DNA of 64,000 bases, taken from assembly GCA_023247445.1 (NCBI GenBank), contig JAHFGL010000003.1:78128-142127 (forward strand), in the 5' to 3' direction. Of the stretch, positions 29,477 through 39,262 are shown one piece after another (the first letter of the stretch is position 1; every line of letters begins with the position of its first letter). The notes under the pieces were generated by a model. That model worked only from the letters and a program-made list of their open reading frames with translations, was not told the DNA's origin and did no database searches. Origin of the DNA: Candidatus Omnitrophota bacterium. GTDB lineage: Bacteria; Omnitrophota; Gorgyraeia; Zapsychrales; Zapsychraceae. The translations under genes were made by a program, and so were the position numbers.

Positions 29477-30838
29477 ATGAAAACTAAAACGATATTTGTT
29501 TGTCAAAGCTGTGGGGCGCAGTCGCCGCGTTGGATTGGTAAATGTTCCAATTGCGACAGCTGGAATTCCTATGTTGAAGAAGCGATGTCTGGGCCTGTTG
29601 AAAGTAGAAAAGATATTGTCTTTAAAGACAGCCCAATTCTTTTGACTGATGTTTCGATTGAGCAAGAAAAAAGATATATCACAGAGATTAAGGAATTGGA
29701 TCGTGTCTTAGGCGGTGGGATTGTTCCCGGCTCAGTAACCTTAATCGGCGGCGATCCTGGCATCGGTAAATCAACATTGTCGCTACAAATTGCCTGTTCA
29801 TTGAGTCAGCAGGGGCATAAAGTTCTTTATATCAGTGGTGAAGAATCCGTTAAGCAAACGCGGATGCGATCGGAGCGTTTAAGCACTAAAGAAAATAAAT
29901 CGCTTTATATTGTGAATCAAGTCGATCTTAACGTGATCGCTGAATATATTAATACAATGAAGCCGACGGTTGTTGTCGTTGACTCCATTCAAGTTGTTTT
30001 TAGTGCAGAAATTTCGTCAACGCCAGGCAGTGTTAGTCAGGTTCGGGAATGCGCGGCCATCTTGACACATATGGCCAAGTCGATGGGGATGGCGCTTTTT
30101 ATTATTGGTCATGTCACTAAAGAAGGGATGTTGGCGGGTCCACGTGTTTTAGAACATATTGTCGATACGGTTTTGTATTTTGAAGGCGAACGGTATTCGA
30201 CTTTTCGTATTTTACGGGCGACTAAAAATCGTTTTGGATCAACTAATGAAATTGGTGTTTTTGAGATGACCTCCGGCGGTTTGGCGGAAGTGGCGAATCC
30301 TTCTGAAATATTTTTATCGGAACGACCAAAGAATGCATCGGGGTCGGTCGTGGTTCCCATTTTAGAAGGAACCAGGCCTTTTTTGGTTGAGATTCAAGGA
30401 TTGGTTAGCCGCAGCAGTTTCGGCATGGTTCGTCAAAAGGCGCAAGGTTTTGATCCTAATCGTTTGGCGATGCTCGTTGCTGTTTTAGAAAAACGGATGG
30501 GGCTTAATCTGCAGGATAAAGATATTTTCTTAAACGTTGTCGGCGGCGTTCGTGTGATGGATCCCGCGGCGGACTTGGCGGTTGCCATGGCGATTGCTTC
30601 GGCTTTGTTAGATAAATCCGTTAATTTTGATACCGTTATTTTAGGTGAAGTCGGTCTTTCATCAGAGGTCAGAAGTGTCAGCCAAATTGCTATCCGTATT
30701 AATGAAGCAGACAAGCTTGGATTTAAAAAATGTATTATCCCGAAAAATAATTTAAAAACAAAGATCGATGTCAAATCTAAGAAAATTGAGTTAATCCCGG
30801 TTGAAACTCTTCGTGAAGCTTTAAATATTTTAACCTAA
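29477..30838 (+). CDS. radA: DNA repair protein RadA/Sms.
   Basis: 453 aa with an N-terminal C4 zinc finger (CQSCGAQSPRWIGKCSNC), a RecA-like ATPase (GGDPGIGKST), KNRFG and a Lon-like C-terminal domain. Confidence 0.9.
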   Translation: MKTKTIFVCQSCGAQSPRWIGKCSNCDSWNSYVEEAMSGPVESRKDIVFKDSPILLTDVSIEQEKRYITEIKELDRVLGGGIVPGSVTLIGGDPGIGKSTLSLQIACSLSQQGHKVLYISGEESVKQTRMRSERLSTKENKSLYIVNQVDLNVIAEYINTMKPTVVVVDSIQVVFSAEISSTPGSVSQVRECAAILTHMAKSMGMALFIIGHVTKEGMLAGPRVLEHIVDTVLYFEGERYSTFRILRATKNRFGSTNEIGVFEMTSGGLAEVANPSEIFLSERPKNASGSVVVPILEGTRPFLVEIQGLVSRSSFGMVRQKAQGFDPNRLAMLVAVLEKRMGLNLQDKDIFLNVVGGVRVMDPAADLAVAMAIASALLDKSVNFDTVILGEVGLSSEVRSVSQIAIRINEADKLGFKKCIIPKNNLKTKIDVKSKKIELIPVETLREALNILT

Positions 30839-30852
30839 AGAATAGGAAAAAC

Positions 30853-31833
30853 ATGACGCTATTATTTATTCGTATCCTGTTTCTAGTTTTAAGTGCCGTC
30901 GTTGGTGAGTACATTGGCAGCCTTTTACAAAAACCAGTCTTAGGTGCGGGGGTCGGTCTTGCTAGCGGTGTCATTTTAATGACATTGGAACAGAGTCTAA
31001 GTCGTGTTTCCGTCCGTGGCTTATCGAGTATGGTTTTTGGACTCCTCTTGGGTGTTTTTATGGCGAAACTTATTTCAGATATCATTTCGCTATTACCATT
31101 GGGGGAATTTATAAATTCAATCACCAAAGTTATTTTGACACTAGTGTTTTCTTATTTGGGCGCAGTCATGGCGCTACGCGGTAAGGATGAGTTTAACGTG
31201 ATTATTCCCTATATTCGTTTTCGTCGGGAGGATGTTAAAGAGGGAGTGATCCTTTTGGATAGCAGCGCCATTATTGATGGGCGTATTATTGATATTTTTA
31301 AGATTAATTTTTTAATGGGACGACTGGTTGTTCCTCGTTTTGTTTTATTTGAACTACAAAATTTGGCCGATTCGGCCGATGACACCAAACGCCAGCGTGG
31401 CCGCCGAGGATTAGAATTATTACGAATGATGCAAGGGGATTTAAAAATGGATGTGCGCATTCAAGAAGAAGATATGTCGGGTGTTGATGAGGTGGATACG
31501 AAATTAATAAGGCTCGCTAAATTAATGGATGCCCGTTTATGCACGACCGATTTTAATCTGGGCCGCATTGCGACACTACAAGGCGTTGAGGTCTTAAATA
31601 TTCATGATCTTGTTAGTGCGGTTAAGTCCGTTGTCTTTACCGGTGAGAAACTAGACGTTAAATTAATTAAAGAAGGCAAAGAGCCAAATCAGGCGGTCGG
31701 TTATATGGAAGATGGAACAATGATTGTTGTCACTGATGCTAAATCTTTTCTTGGACAAAATGTTAAGGTTGCGGTGACCTCCGTTTTACAAACGCAGGCA
31801 GGCCGAATGATTTTCGGAAAGCTCGATCGATGA
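30853..31833 (+). CDS. yacL: PIN + TRAM domain membrane protein (YacL-like).
   Basis: 326 aa with N-terminal TM helices, a PIN domain and a C-terminal TRAM-like barrel. Its position after radA matches Bacillus yacL. Confidence 0.65.
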   Translation: MTLLFIRILFLVLSAVVGEYIGSLLQKPVLGAGVGLASGVILMTLEQSLSRVSVRGLSSMVFGLLLGVFMAKLISDIISLLPLGEFINSITKVILTLVFSYLGAVMALRGKDEFNVIIPYIRFRREDVKEGVILLDSSAIIDGRIIDIFKINFLMGRLVVPRFVLFELQNLADSADDTKRQRGRRGLELLRMMQGDLKMDVRIQEEDMSGVDEVDTKLIRLAKLMDARLCTTDFNLGRIATLQGVEVLNIHDLVSAVKSVVFTGEKLDVKLIKEGKEPNQAVGYMEDGTMIVVTDAKSFLGQNVKVAVTSVLQTQAGRMIFGKLDR

Positions 31834-32510
31834 AGGTTCAGGCGATTTTACCTACCGCCGGCGCTGGGAGCCGGTTTAAATCAACCCTTCCTAAACCGTT
31901 GGTTTCATTAGGCGGCAAACCTATCTTTATCCATGCCTTGGAAGCTTTGGAGCAGAGCATCGCTATTGATAGTGTAATCTTGGTTGCCCCTGAAAGTCAT
32001 TTGAAAGAATTTGAGAAAGTCCTTAAGCAATACGATTTACATCGATCGACAAAAGTTGTGGCCGGCGGAAAAACGCGTTTTGAATCGGTCAGTAATGGTT
32101 TAAAGGCTCTTGATAAAGATACAGAGATTGTTTTGGTCCATGATGGCGCACGGCCACTAGTGACAACAAAAATTATTGATGAAGCGATTAATCTTTGCCA
32201 TAATGAGCCCGCTGTGATCGTGGCTGTTCCGGTTAAACCGACGATTAAGAGGGTCAATATAAAATTAGAGGTTAAAGAAACACTTCGGCGTGATGAGTTG
32301 TGGGAAGTTCAAACGCCGCAAGTTTTTAAAAAGGATATTCTCCTAAAAGCTCATGAAGAAGGTCGAGGGCTCGATGTTACTGATGATGCGGCTTTGGTAG
32401 AAAGACTAGGGATCAAGGTTAAGGTCGTCATGGGTGATTATCGAAATATAAAGATTACAACGAAGGAAGATTTGGTTATCGCTGAAGCTTTATTAACTTT
32501 AAATAATTAA
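31830..32510 (+). CDS. ispD: 2-C-methyl-D-erythritol 4-phosphate cytidylyltransferase.
   Basis: 226 aa with the N-terminal AGAGSRF nucleotide-binding motif. Confidence 0.85.
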   Translation: MKVQAILPTAGAGSRFKSTLPKPLVSLGGKPIFIHALEALEQSIAIDSVILVAPESHLKEFEKVLKQYDLHRSTKVVAGGKTRFESVSNGLKALDKDTEIVLVHDGARPLVTTKIIDEAINLCHNEPAVIVAVPVKPTIKRVNIKLEVKETLRRDELWEVQTPQVFKKDILLKAHEEGRGLDVTDDAALVERLGIKVKVVMGDYRNIKITTKEDLVIAEALLTLNN

Positions 32511-32511
32511 G

Positions 32512-32590
32512 GGCTTTCAGCTATCAGACTTCAGCTATCAGCAGCTGGCAGCTACTGATAGCGGACAGCTGAAAGCAGACAGCTGGTCAA
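32512..32590. repeat. CAGCT-rich structured intergenic element (tandem TTCAGCTATCAG units plus an inverted partner CTGATAGC..CAGCTGAAAG).
   Basis: Lies between ispD and ispF. It can fold into a long imperfect hairpin. Confidence 0.6.
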
Positions 32591-32593
32591 AAA

Positions 32594-33079
32594 ATGAAAT
32601 ATAGAACAGGTATTGGTTACGATATTCATCGATTAGTCGATGGACGCAAACTTATCTTAGGCGGAGTGGAGATCCCCCATCACAAAGGGCTTGATGGTCA
32701 CTCCGACGCAGATGTCTTGATTCATGCGATTTGTGATGCTATTCTAGGAGCTTTGGGAGAAGGCGATATTGGAGAACATTTCCCGAACACAGATCCACAG
32801 TATCGAAATATCTCTAGCATGATTTTATTGGAGCGGGTTTATGCCTTGGCCCAATCTAAAGGTTATGTGATCAATAACATCGATGCGATCGTTCAGGCCG
32901 AAGAGCCGAAGCTCAAGGAATATAAAAATAAAATGAAATTTCAGATTGCGTACAAACTAGCGTTAGTTGAGGATGCCATTAATATTAAAGCGACAACGCA
33001 GGAAGGTTTGGGGGCCATCGGAAACAAGGAAGGCATTGCCGCTTTTGCGTCGGTATTATTAATCAAGGAGTCGGAGTAA
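32594..33079 (+). CDS. ispF: 2-C-methyl-D-erythritol 2,4-cyclodiphosphate synthase.
   Basis: 161 aa with the IspF motifs IGYDIHRL and HSDADV. Confidence 0.9.
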   Translation: MKYRTGIGYDIHRLVDGRKLILGGVEIPHHKGLDGHSDADVLIHAICDAILGALGEGDIGEHFPNTDPQYRNISSMILLERVYALAQSKGYVINNIDAIVQAEEPKLKEYKNKMKFQIAYKLALVEDAINIKATTQEGLGAIGNKEGIAAFASVLLIKESE

Positions 33080-33768
33080 TGGATATTTTAGGTGGACTAC
33101 TGATGTTTATTTTTATCTTTGTTGGCTTTATTGTGACAATCGCGATTGTCTTTGCCCAAGAAATCAAATCAACAAAAGAAAAAGATCCTGCGGCTAAAGG
33201 ATATTTAGAGATTATTCTTCTTTATCCAGGGCTTCATGCGGTGATGTCGCACCGCATTGCCCATGTGTTATGGCAAATGAAAATACCTTTTTTGCCTCGA
33301 ATGATGTCACAAGTGGCTCGATTTTTTACCGGGGTTGAGATTCACCCTGGGGCGCAAATCGGCCAGGGACTTTTTATTGACCATGGGATGGCCGTTGTTA
33401 TTGGGGAGACATCAATTGTTGGCAATGATGTCACAATGTTTCAAGGCGCGACACTCGGTGGAACCGGAAAAGAAACCGGCAAAAGGCATCCAACGGTTGG
33501 TAGTGGCGTTGTCATTGGCGCTGGGGCAAAGGTTTTGGGAAATATTACGATTGGGGATAATTCTTATATTGGGGCTAACGCGGTTGTCCTGAGGGATGTT
33601 CCCGCGAACTCCACTGTCGTTGGCGTTCCAGGGCATATTACAAAACAAGACGGGAAAAAGATAGATTTAATGATGGATCATGCCCACGTCTCGGATCCAA
33701 TGATGCAGAATATGAAAGAGTTACTTAGAAGAATCAAAACGTTAGAAGATAAATTAAATGGTAAATAG
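33079..33768 (+). CDS. cysE: Serine O-acetyltransferase.
   Basis: 229 aa with the DPAAKGYLEIILLYPGLHAV region and hexapeptide repeats. The hydrophobic N-terminal ~25 aa may be an over-extension of the ORF. Confidence 0.8.
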   Translation: MDILGGLLMFIFIFVGFIVTIAIVFAQEIKSTKEKDPAAKGYLEIILLYPGLHAVMSHRIAHVLWQMKIPFLPRMMSQVARFFTGVEIHPGAQIGQGLFIDHGMAVVIGETSIVGNDVTMFQGATLGGTGKETGKRHPTVGSGVVIGAGAKVLGNITIGDNSYIGANAVVLRDVPANSTVVGVPGHITKQDGKKIDLMMDHAHVSDPMMQNMKELLRRIKTLEDKLNGK

Positions 33769-35172
33769 ATGTCCATTCATATATTCAATTCTCTCACCAA
33801 ACAAAAAGAAGAATTAGTTCCTCTAAACGGTAAGACGATCAAAATCTATTCGTGTGGGGTTACTGTCTACGATCGCTGCCATATTGGTCACGCCAGAAGT
33901 CTCTACGTTTTTGATACCATCAAACGATATTTAAAGTTCCGTGGTTACGATGTACAGTTTGTCCGCAATATTACCGATGTTGATGACAAAATCATTAATA
34001 AAGCCAAAGAGTTAAATAAGTCCAGCGACATGGTTGCGAAAGAAAACATCGAAGCCTATCAACAGGATTTAAAAAGCTTGGGGATTGATGAGGCGGATTG
34101 CGAACCGCGTGCCACCGACAACATCAAAGAAATTATTGATGCCATCACAACGCTTATCCAAAAAGGATTTGCGTATGCGGTTGAGGGGGATGTTTATTAC
34201 AACGTACGTAAGTTTCCTGAATATGGAAAACTATCGGGTCAAAGCGTTGATAAAATGCTCGAGGGCGTGCGCATTGATCAGAATGATAAGAAACATGATC
34301 CACTGGACTTTGCCTTATGGAAGAAATCCAAGGATGGCGAACCGGCGTGGGATAGCCCGTGGGGACCAGGGCGGCCGGGCTGGCATATTGAATGCACCTG
34401 CATGAGTTTAAAACATTTAAAAACTGATACGCTCGATATTCACGCGGGTGGACGAGATCTTATTTTCCCTCATCATGAGAATGAGATCGCGCAATCAGAG
34501 GCCTTGACGGGAAAACCATTCGCCAAATATTGGATTCACCATGGACTTTTGACGATTAACGGTCAGAAGATGGCCAAATCCTTGGGGAACTTTATTACAG
34601 TTGTCGATGCGCTCAAGAAATATAATGTCGATACGCTCAAAATGTTTTTTCTCTTTTCGCATTACACGAGCCCGATTGATTACACTGAACAAAAGATGGA
34701 TGATGCGCATAAAGCACTGCAAAAATTTGATATTTTGTTTTGGAAGGTGTATGAAATCCTCAAGCACCGTCAGGTTACCCCGGTTCAAAGTAATTTTATT
34801 GATAAGCATAATCAGGATTTTATTGAGGCGATGGATGATGATTTTAATACGCCTCAAGCACTGGCGAGTTTATTTAATTTTATTAATGACACAAATCGAT
34901 TTATTGAAGAGGCTCAGCCAAATCCTAATTATGAAGGAATTCTTTATCATGCGGTTGATACCATTGAAGGTTTGGCACGTGGCATTTTAGGATTATTCTC
35001 CAAGGAAAAAGATCAGGATTTAAGCGACGAAGATAGGACTCTTGTTGAAGATCGCAAGAAGGCTCGTGCTAATAAGGATTTTAAGCGTTCCGATGAGTTG
35101 CGCGATTTGTTAAAACAACGAAATATCATTGTTGAAGATACTAAGGATGGTCAGACGTGGCGGTGGGCTTGA
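33769..35172 (+). CDS. cysS: Cysteinyl-tRNA synthetase.
   Basis: 467 aa with HIGH (CHIGHARS) and KMSKS (KMAKS) motifs and Zn-binding Cys residues. Confidence 0.9.
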   Translation: MSIHIFNSLTKQKEELVPLNGKTIKIYSCGVTVYDRCHIGHARSLYVFDTIKRYLKFRGYDVQFVRNITDVDDKIINKAKELNKSSDMVAKENIEAYQQDLKSLGIDEADCEPRATDNIKEIIDAITTLIQKGFAYAVEGDVYYNVRKFPEYGKLSGQSVDKMLEGVRIDQNDKKHDPLDFALWKKSKDGEPAWDSPWGPGRPGWHIECTCMSLKHLKTDTLDIHAGGRDLIFPHHENEIAQSEALTGKPFAKYWIHHGLLTINGQKMAKSLGNFITVVDALKKYNVDTLKMFFLFSHYTSPIDYTEQKMDDAHKALQKFDILFWKVYEILKHRQVTPVQSNFIDKHNQDFIEAMDDDFNTPQALASLFNFINDTNRFIEEAQPNPNYEGILYHAVDTIEGLARGILGLFSKEKDQDLSDEDRTLVEDRKKARANKDFKRSDELRDLLKQRNIIVEDTKDGQTWRWA

Positions 35173-35792
35173 AAAAATATAAGGGAAAATTTATTACATT
35201 TGAAGGCTCGGAAGGTTCTGGTAAAAGCACACAGATCGAGCTGATTTCGCAGTATCTGAAATCGAAGAAAATTCCGCTTCTTTTACTACGTGAACCGGGC
35301 GGGGTTAAGATCAGCGAGAAGATACGTCAGATTTTGTTAGATGTTGAGAACAAAGGCATGGGTGATGAATGTGAAACCCTTTTGTATATGGCGGCGCGCG
35401 CACAATTAGTTCATGAAGTCGTTGCCCCGGCGCTTAAGGAAGGCAAGCTTGTTCTCTGTGATCGTTTCCTGGACTCCACGGTTGTCTATCAAGGATATGG
35501 CAACGGCGTTGATATTGCTTTCATAAAAAGAATTGGGAAATTCGTTACTAAGGGAATTACACCCCATTTAACTTTTATTTTTGATATTGAGGCCGCGAAG
35601 GGTCTAGCGCGGATTAATCGTGCTAAAGATCGAATTGAACAAAAGGCCTTAACTTATCATAATCGTGTGCGCAGCGGTTATCTTGATATTGCCCGCCGTG
35701 AACCTAAGCGTATTAAAGTTATTAAAGTCGACAAAAGCAAAGAAGAAATTCATTTGATGATACGAAAACATATTGATCGATTGTTGAGTTAG
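35157..35792 (+). CDS. tmk: Thymidylate kinase.
   Basis: 211 aa with a P-loop GSEGSGKST and the DRF/LID region. Confidence 0.85.
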   Translation: MAVGLKKYKGKFITFEGSEGSGKSTQIELISQYLKSKKIPLLLLREPGGVKISEKIRQILLDVENKGMGDECETLLYMAARAQLVHEVVAPALKEGKLVLCDRFLDSTVVYQGYGNGVDIAFIKRIGKFVTKGITPHLTFIFDIEAAKGLARINRAKDRIEQKALTYHNRVRSGYLDIARREPKRIKVIKVDKSKEEIHLMIRKHIDRLLS

Positions 35793-35797
35793 TTGCC

Positions 35798-36769
35798 ATG
35801 CAAAAAGAAATTCAAATCAATGATTCCGCTGTTAATCGTTTAATTACTTTAAACAAGAATAAACATTTGGCACATGCCTATCTTTTTATTGGGCCCAAAG
35901 ATTCTGGCAAAGGGGAAACAGCCCTTACGATTGCCAAGATTATTAACTGTGAAAAGAATATCGAGGGAAAAGAGATTCAGGCCTGCGATGGGTGTCCATC
36001 GTGTGTTAAGGTAAACGCCGGTCATCATCCCGATATTCATATTACGGAAAGCGCCTATGGCGACACGATCAAGATTGAAGAAGTTCGTGACCTTTTGGAT
36101 CAAATTCGTTTGCGGCCATTTATGGGTGTCAAAAAGATTTTTATTATGAAAAATATAGAAAATTTAACAGCTGAGGCGGGCAATGCTTTGCTAAAGACGC
36201 TAGAAGAGCCATCTGCGAATAGTCTTTTGCTTCTAACAACCTCTGTGCTTGAAAAGAATTTGGATACAATTAAGTCGCGTTGTCATGCGATTTATTTTTT
36301 GCCAACGGCCAATAACCGTCTGGCCGAGGTTCTGACAAAGTATCATCACCAAGATCCGCTTGATGCTCATTTTTTGGCTTATTTTTCAGAAGGGTGTTTG
36401 GGAAAAGCCAAGAAATTAAAAGATGATAAAATTATTGAGCGTAAGAATGACATTATCGACCGGTTCATTCTTTCTGACGGGGGAGAGGCTTTCTTGAAAG
36501 AAATCTTAGCCGAAAAAGATAAAACTAAAGAGTTCTTAGATATTTTGTTATGCTGGGTTCATGATGCGCTTTTGGTTAAGGCCCAGGCCGCAGAAGAGAA
36601 TCTCATTAACCAAGATCGTGTGAAGGATCTAAATAAATTCCAATTGCGACATTCATTTGCGGAGTTGGAATCTTTGTACGAAGAAATTGTGAAGATGTGC
36701 CAATGGCTCGATGAAAATCTGAATTTAAAGATGCCGTTGTTGATTATAAAGGAGAGACTTCATGGGTAA
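35798..36769 (+). CDS. holB: DNA polymerase III delta' subunit.
   Basis: 323 aa clamp-loader AAA+-like fold with a Cys Zn module (CDGCPSC). Its position after tmk matches Bacillus. Confidence 0.7.
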   Translation: MQKEIQINDSAVNRLITLNKNKHLAHAYLFIGPKDSGKGETALTIAKIINCEKNIEGKEIQACDGCPSCVKVNAGHHPDIHITESAYGDTIKIEEVRDLLDQIRLRPFMGVKKIFIMKNIENLTAEAGNALLKTLEEPSANSLLLLTTSVLEKNLDTIKSRCHAIYFLPTANNRLAEVLTKYHHQDPLDAHFLAYFSEGCLGKAKKLKDDKIIERKNDIIDRFILSDGGEAFLKEILAEKDKTKEFLDILLCWVHDALLVKAQAAEENLINQDRVKDLNKFQLRHSFAELESLYEEIVKMCQWLDENLNLKMPLLIIKERLHG

Positions 36770-37637
36770 GCTCATTAAAATACAGCTGGGTGAGTATCGT
36801 GGGATCGATTGGTATGATTTAAACAGTATCGATTGCGAGCGTGATGATTATGTAATTTTGGAACAAGATAAAGGATCAGAATTTGGTAAGGTCATCTCCG
36901 AAGTCAAAACAGCGTGCGAGGGTAAGACAGAAAATGCCAAAGGCAAGGTAGTTCGCAAAGCGACAGAAGGTGATTTAAAGCAGATCGAAAACAATCGCAT
37001 GAAGACAAAGGATACGCTCAATACATGTTTACGCAAAATTAATGAACGTAAACTCGATATGCAGATTATCAAGGCCGAGTATACTTTTGACAGTAGCAAG
37101 ATTATATTTTTCTTCGTTGCAGAAGGCCGCGTTGATTTCCGTAGTTTGGTTAAAGATTTGGCTGGAATTTTTCGTATACGGATTGAATTAAAACAAGTGG
37201 GGGTTCGCGATAAAGCTAAGGTCGTTGGTGGTTATGGCGTCTGTGGGCGAGAACTTTGCTGCACATCCTATATGCATAATTTCCATCAACTCTCAATTAA
37301 GATGGCAAAGGAACAGGGACTGCCGCTCAATCCATCAAGAATCTCCGGCGTCTGTGGCCGGATTAAATGTTGTATGGCGTATGAGTTTTCTGTCTATCGC
37401 GAATTTGCCAGAGCCTTGCCGCGCGTTGGCGAGAAAATCAATATTGCCGAGGGAAAAGGAAGGGTTTTGGAAGTGAATATTTTAAAACAAATAATCAGTG
37501 TTGATTTAGGTGAGGGGCGCGTTATTCGAACAGTTTTTGATAAGAATCAAAACGCTGAAGTTTTAACTGGTGCCAGAAAAGATGAACCAGAAACAAACGG
37601 CAGTGATGAATTTAATGAAGAAGACTTTAAGGAATAA
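36762..37637 (+). CDS. ricT: PSP1 C-terminal domain protein (YaaT/RicT-like).
   Basis: 291 aa with the conserved Cys cluster CGRELCC...CGRIKCCMAYE typical of YaaT. Confidence 0.75.
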   Translation: MGKLIKIQLGEYRGIDWYDLNSIDCERDDYVILEQDKGSEFGKVISEVKTACEGKTENAKGKVVRKATEGDLKQIENNRMKTKDTLNTCLRKINERKLDMQIIKAEYTFDSSKIIFFFVAEGRVDFRSLVKDLAGIFRIRIELKQVGVRDKAKVVGGYGVCGRELCCTSYMHNFHQLSIKMAKEQGLPLNPSRISGVCGRIKCCMAYEFSVYREFARALPRVGEKINIAEGKGRVLEVNILKQIISVDLGEGRVIRTVFDKNQNAEVLTGARKDEPETNGSDEFNEEDFKE

Positions 37638-37649
37638 TGTTCAAACACT

Positions 37650-39152
37650 ATGTCTCGCCCAAAGTTTTATGTCACAACTCCGATTTATTACGTCAATGAC
37701 AAGCCGCATATTGGCCATGCCTATACAACGATTCTCGCCGATTGTTTAGCCCGCTTTCATCGCTCTTTAGGTGATGAAACATTTTTTTTAACCGGTTTAG
37801 ATGAGCATGGACAAAAAGTTCAGCAGGCCGCTGAGAAGCGCGGGATGACGCCTCAGGCGCACTGCGATGATTTGGCGCCGCGATTCTTACAGCTTTGGGA
37901 GAAGTTGCAAATTAAATATGATGATTTTATTCGCACAACCGAAGATCGTCATAAGAAAATTGTTCAACTAGCCCTTCAAAAAGTTTATGACAATGGTGAT
38001 GTGTATGCGGATGAATATGAGGGTTGGTATTCTGTCGCCGAAGAACGTTTTATTACGGATCTTGAAAAAGAGTCTGGTCAGTTTCGAGAAGTAAAACAGA
38101 TCAAAGAACGTAACTGGTTCTTTAAGATGAGTAAGTATCAACAGCAGCTTATTGATTATATCCAAAGTCATCCAGAATTTATCCAACCCAATCATCGGCG
38201 TAATGAAATTTTAGGCTTTTTGCAAAAGCCGTTGGGGGATTTGTGTATCTCTCGACCGAAATCGCGCCTCTCCTGGGGCATTGAGATTCCTTTTGCCAAA
38301 GATTACGTGACGTATGTTTGGTTTGATGCGCTGATTAATTATATTTCGGTTCCGGGATGGGGAACTGATGACGCGAAATTTAAGAAGTGGTGGCCGGCCT
38401 CAGTTCACTTAATTGGTAAAGATATCTTAACAACGCATGCGGTTTATTGGCCGACGATGTTATTTTCTCTTGGACTTCCGCTGCCAGAAAAAATATTTGC
38501 CCATGGTTGGTGGTTGATCGGCGAAACGAAGATGAGTAAATCTTTAGGCAATGTGGTTAATCCGCTAGACTTGGTTGATCAATATGGCGTTGATGCGGTG
38601 CGATATTTCTTAATGCGCGAGATGATTTTAGGTCAAGATGCCAACTTCACGATCGAATTATTTACCAAACGCTACAATAGTGATTTAGCGAACGATTTTG
38701 GAAATCTTCTTAATCGTGTTAGCGGTTTGATTGGGAAACATTTTGAAGGAGTTGTTCCTGTTTCTGATAAGTTAACAGAATCGGAAAATGAAATAAAAAA
38801 TATGGCTGATGGGTTGCCTTCAAAGGTTAAAGAATTGATTTACAATTTACAGATGAATGACGCCATCGAGGCGATCATTGAGCTTGTGCGTCGAGTTAAT
38901 CGATATGTCGAACATCAAGCGCCATGGAAGGTTATTAAGGAAGATCGGGTAAGGGCGGGGACAATTTTATATACAGCAACGGAAGGTTTGCGCATAAGCG
39001 CGGTGCTTTTATCAGCGGTTATGCCAATGAAAACCAAAATCGTGTTGGATGTGTTGGGCGCGTTGGATTCCAAGCCGCGCTGGGGAGAATTAAAGGCTGG
39101 GACGAAATTAAAATCTCATGAGGCGTTGTTTCCGAGACTTGAAATTAAATAG
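37650..39152 (+). CDS. metG: Methionyl-tRNA synthetase (short form).
   Basis: 500 aa with HIGH (PHIGHAYT) and KMSKS motifs. Confidence 0.9.
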   Translation: MSRPKFYVTTPIYYVNDKPHIGHAYTTILADCLARFHRSLGDETFFLTGLDEHGQKVQQAAEKRGMTPQAHCDDLAPRFLQLWEKLQIKYDDFIRTTEDRHKKIVQLALQKVYDNGDVYADEYEGWYSVAEERFITDLEKESGQFREVKQIKERNWFFKMSKYQQQLIDYIQSHPEFIQPNHRRNEILGFLQKPLGDLCISRPKSRLSWGIEIPFAKDYVTYVWFDALINYISVPGWGTDDAKFKKWWPASVHLIGKDILTTHAVYWPTMLFSLGLPLPEKIFAHGWWLIGETKMSKSLGNVVNPLDLVDQYGVDAVRYFLMREMILGQDANFTIELFTKRYNSDLANDFGNLLNRVSGLIGKHFEGVVPVSDKLTESENEIKNMADGLPSKVKELIYNLQMNDAIEAIIELVRRVNRYVEHQAPWKVIKEDRVRAGTILYTATEGLRISAVLLSAVMPMKTKIVLDVLGALDSKPRWGELKAGTKLKSHEALFPRLEIK

Positions 39153-39237
39153 AAGATAGAAAATAGAAGATGGAGGATGGATGAAGATGGATGGTAGAAT
39201 CGATGAGCTATCTTCTATCATCCATCTTCTATCTTCG
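39152..39237. repeat. GAAGATGGA-rich long imperfect hairpin element (copy 1).
   Basis: GAAGATAGAA...AGAAGATGGATGG // CCATCTTCT...TTCTATCTTC, immediately after the metG stop. Confidence 0.7.
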
Positions 39238-39262
39238 AGCGTGATATAAAGAGGTAGGTAAC

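Noticed and set aside
33079-33180. N-terminal TM-like extension of CysE as a genuine membrane anchor.
   Set aside because: Serine acetyltransferases are cytoplasmic. The extension probably reflects the longest-ORF start, and an internal start nearer the conserved DPAAK region is more plausible. This cannot be resolved without homolog alignment.
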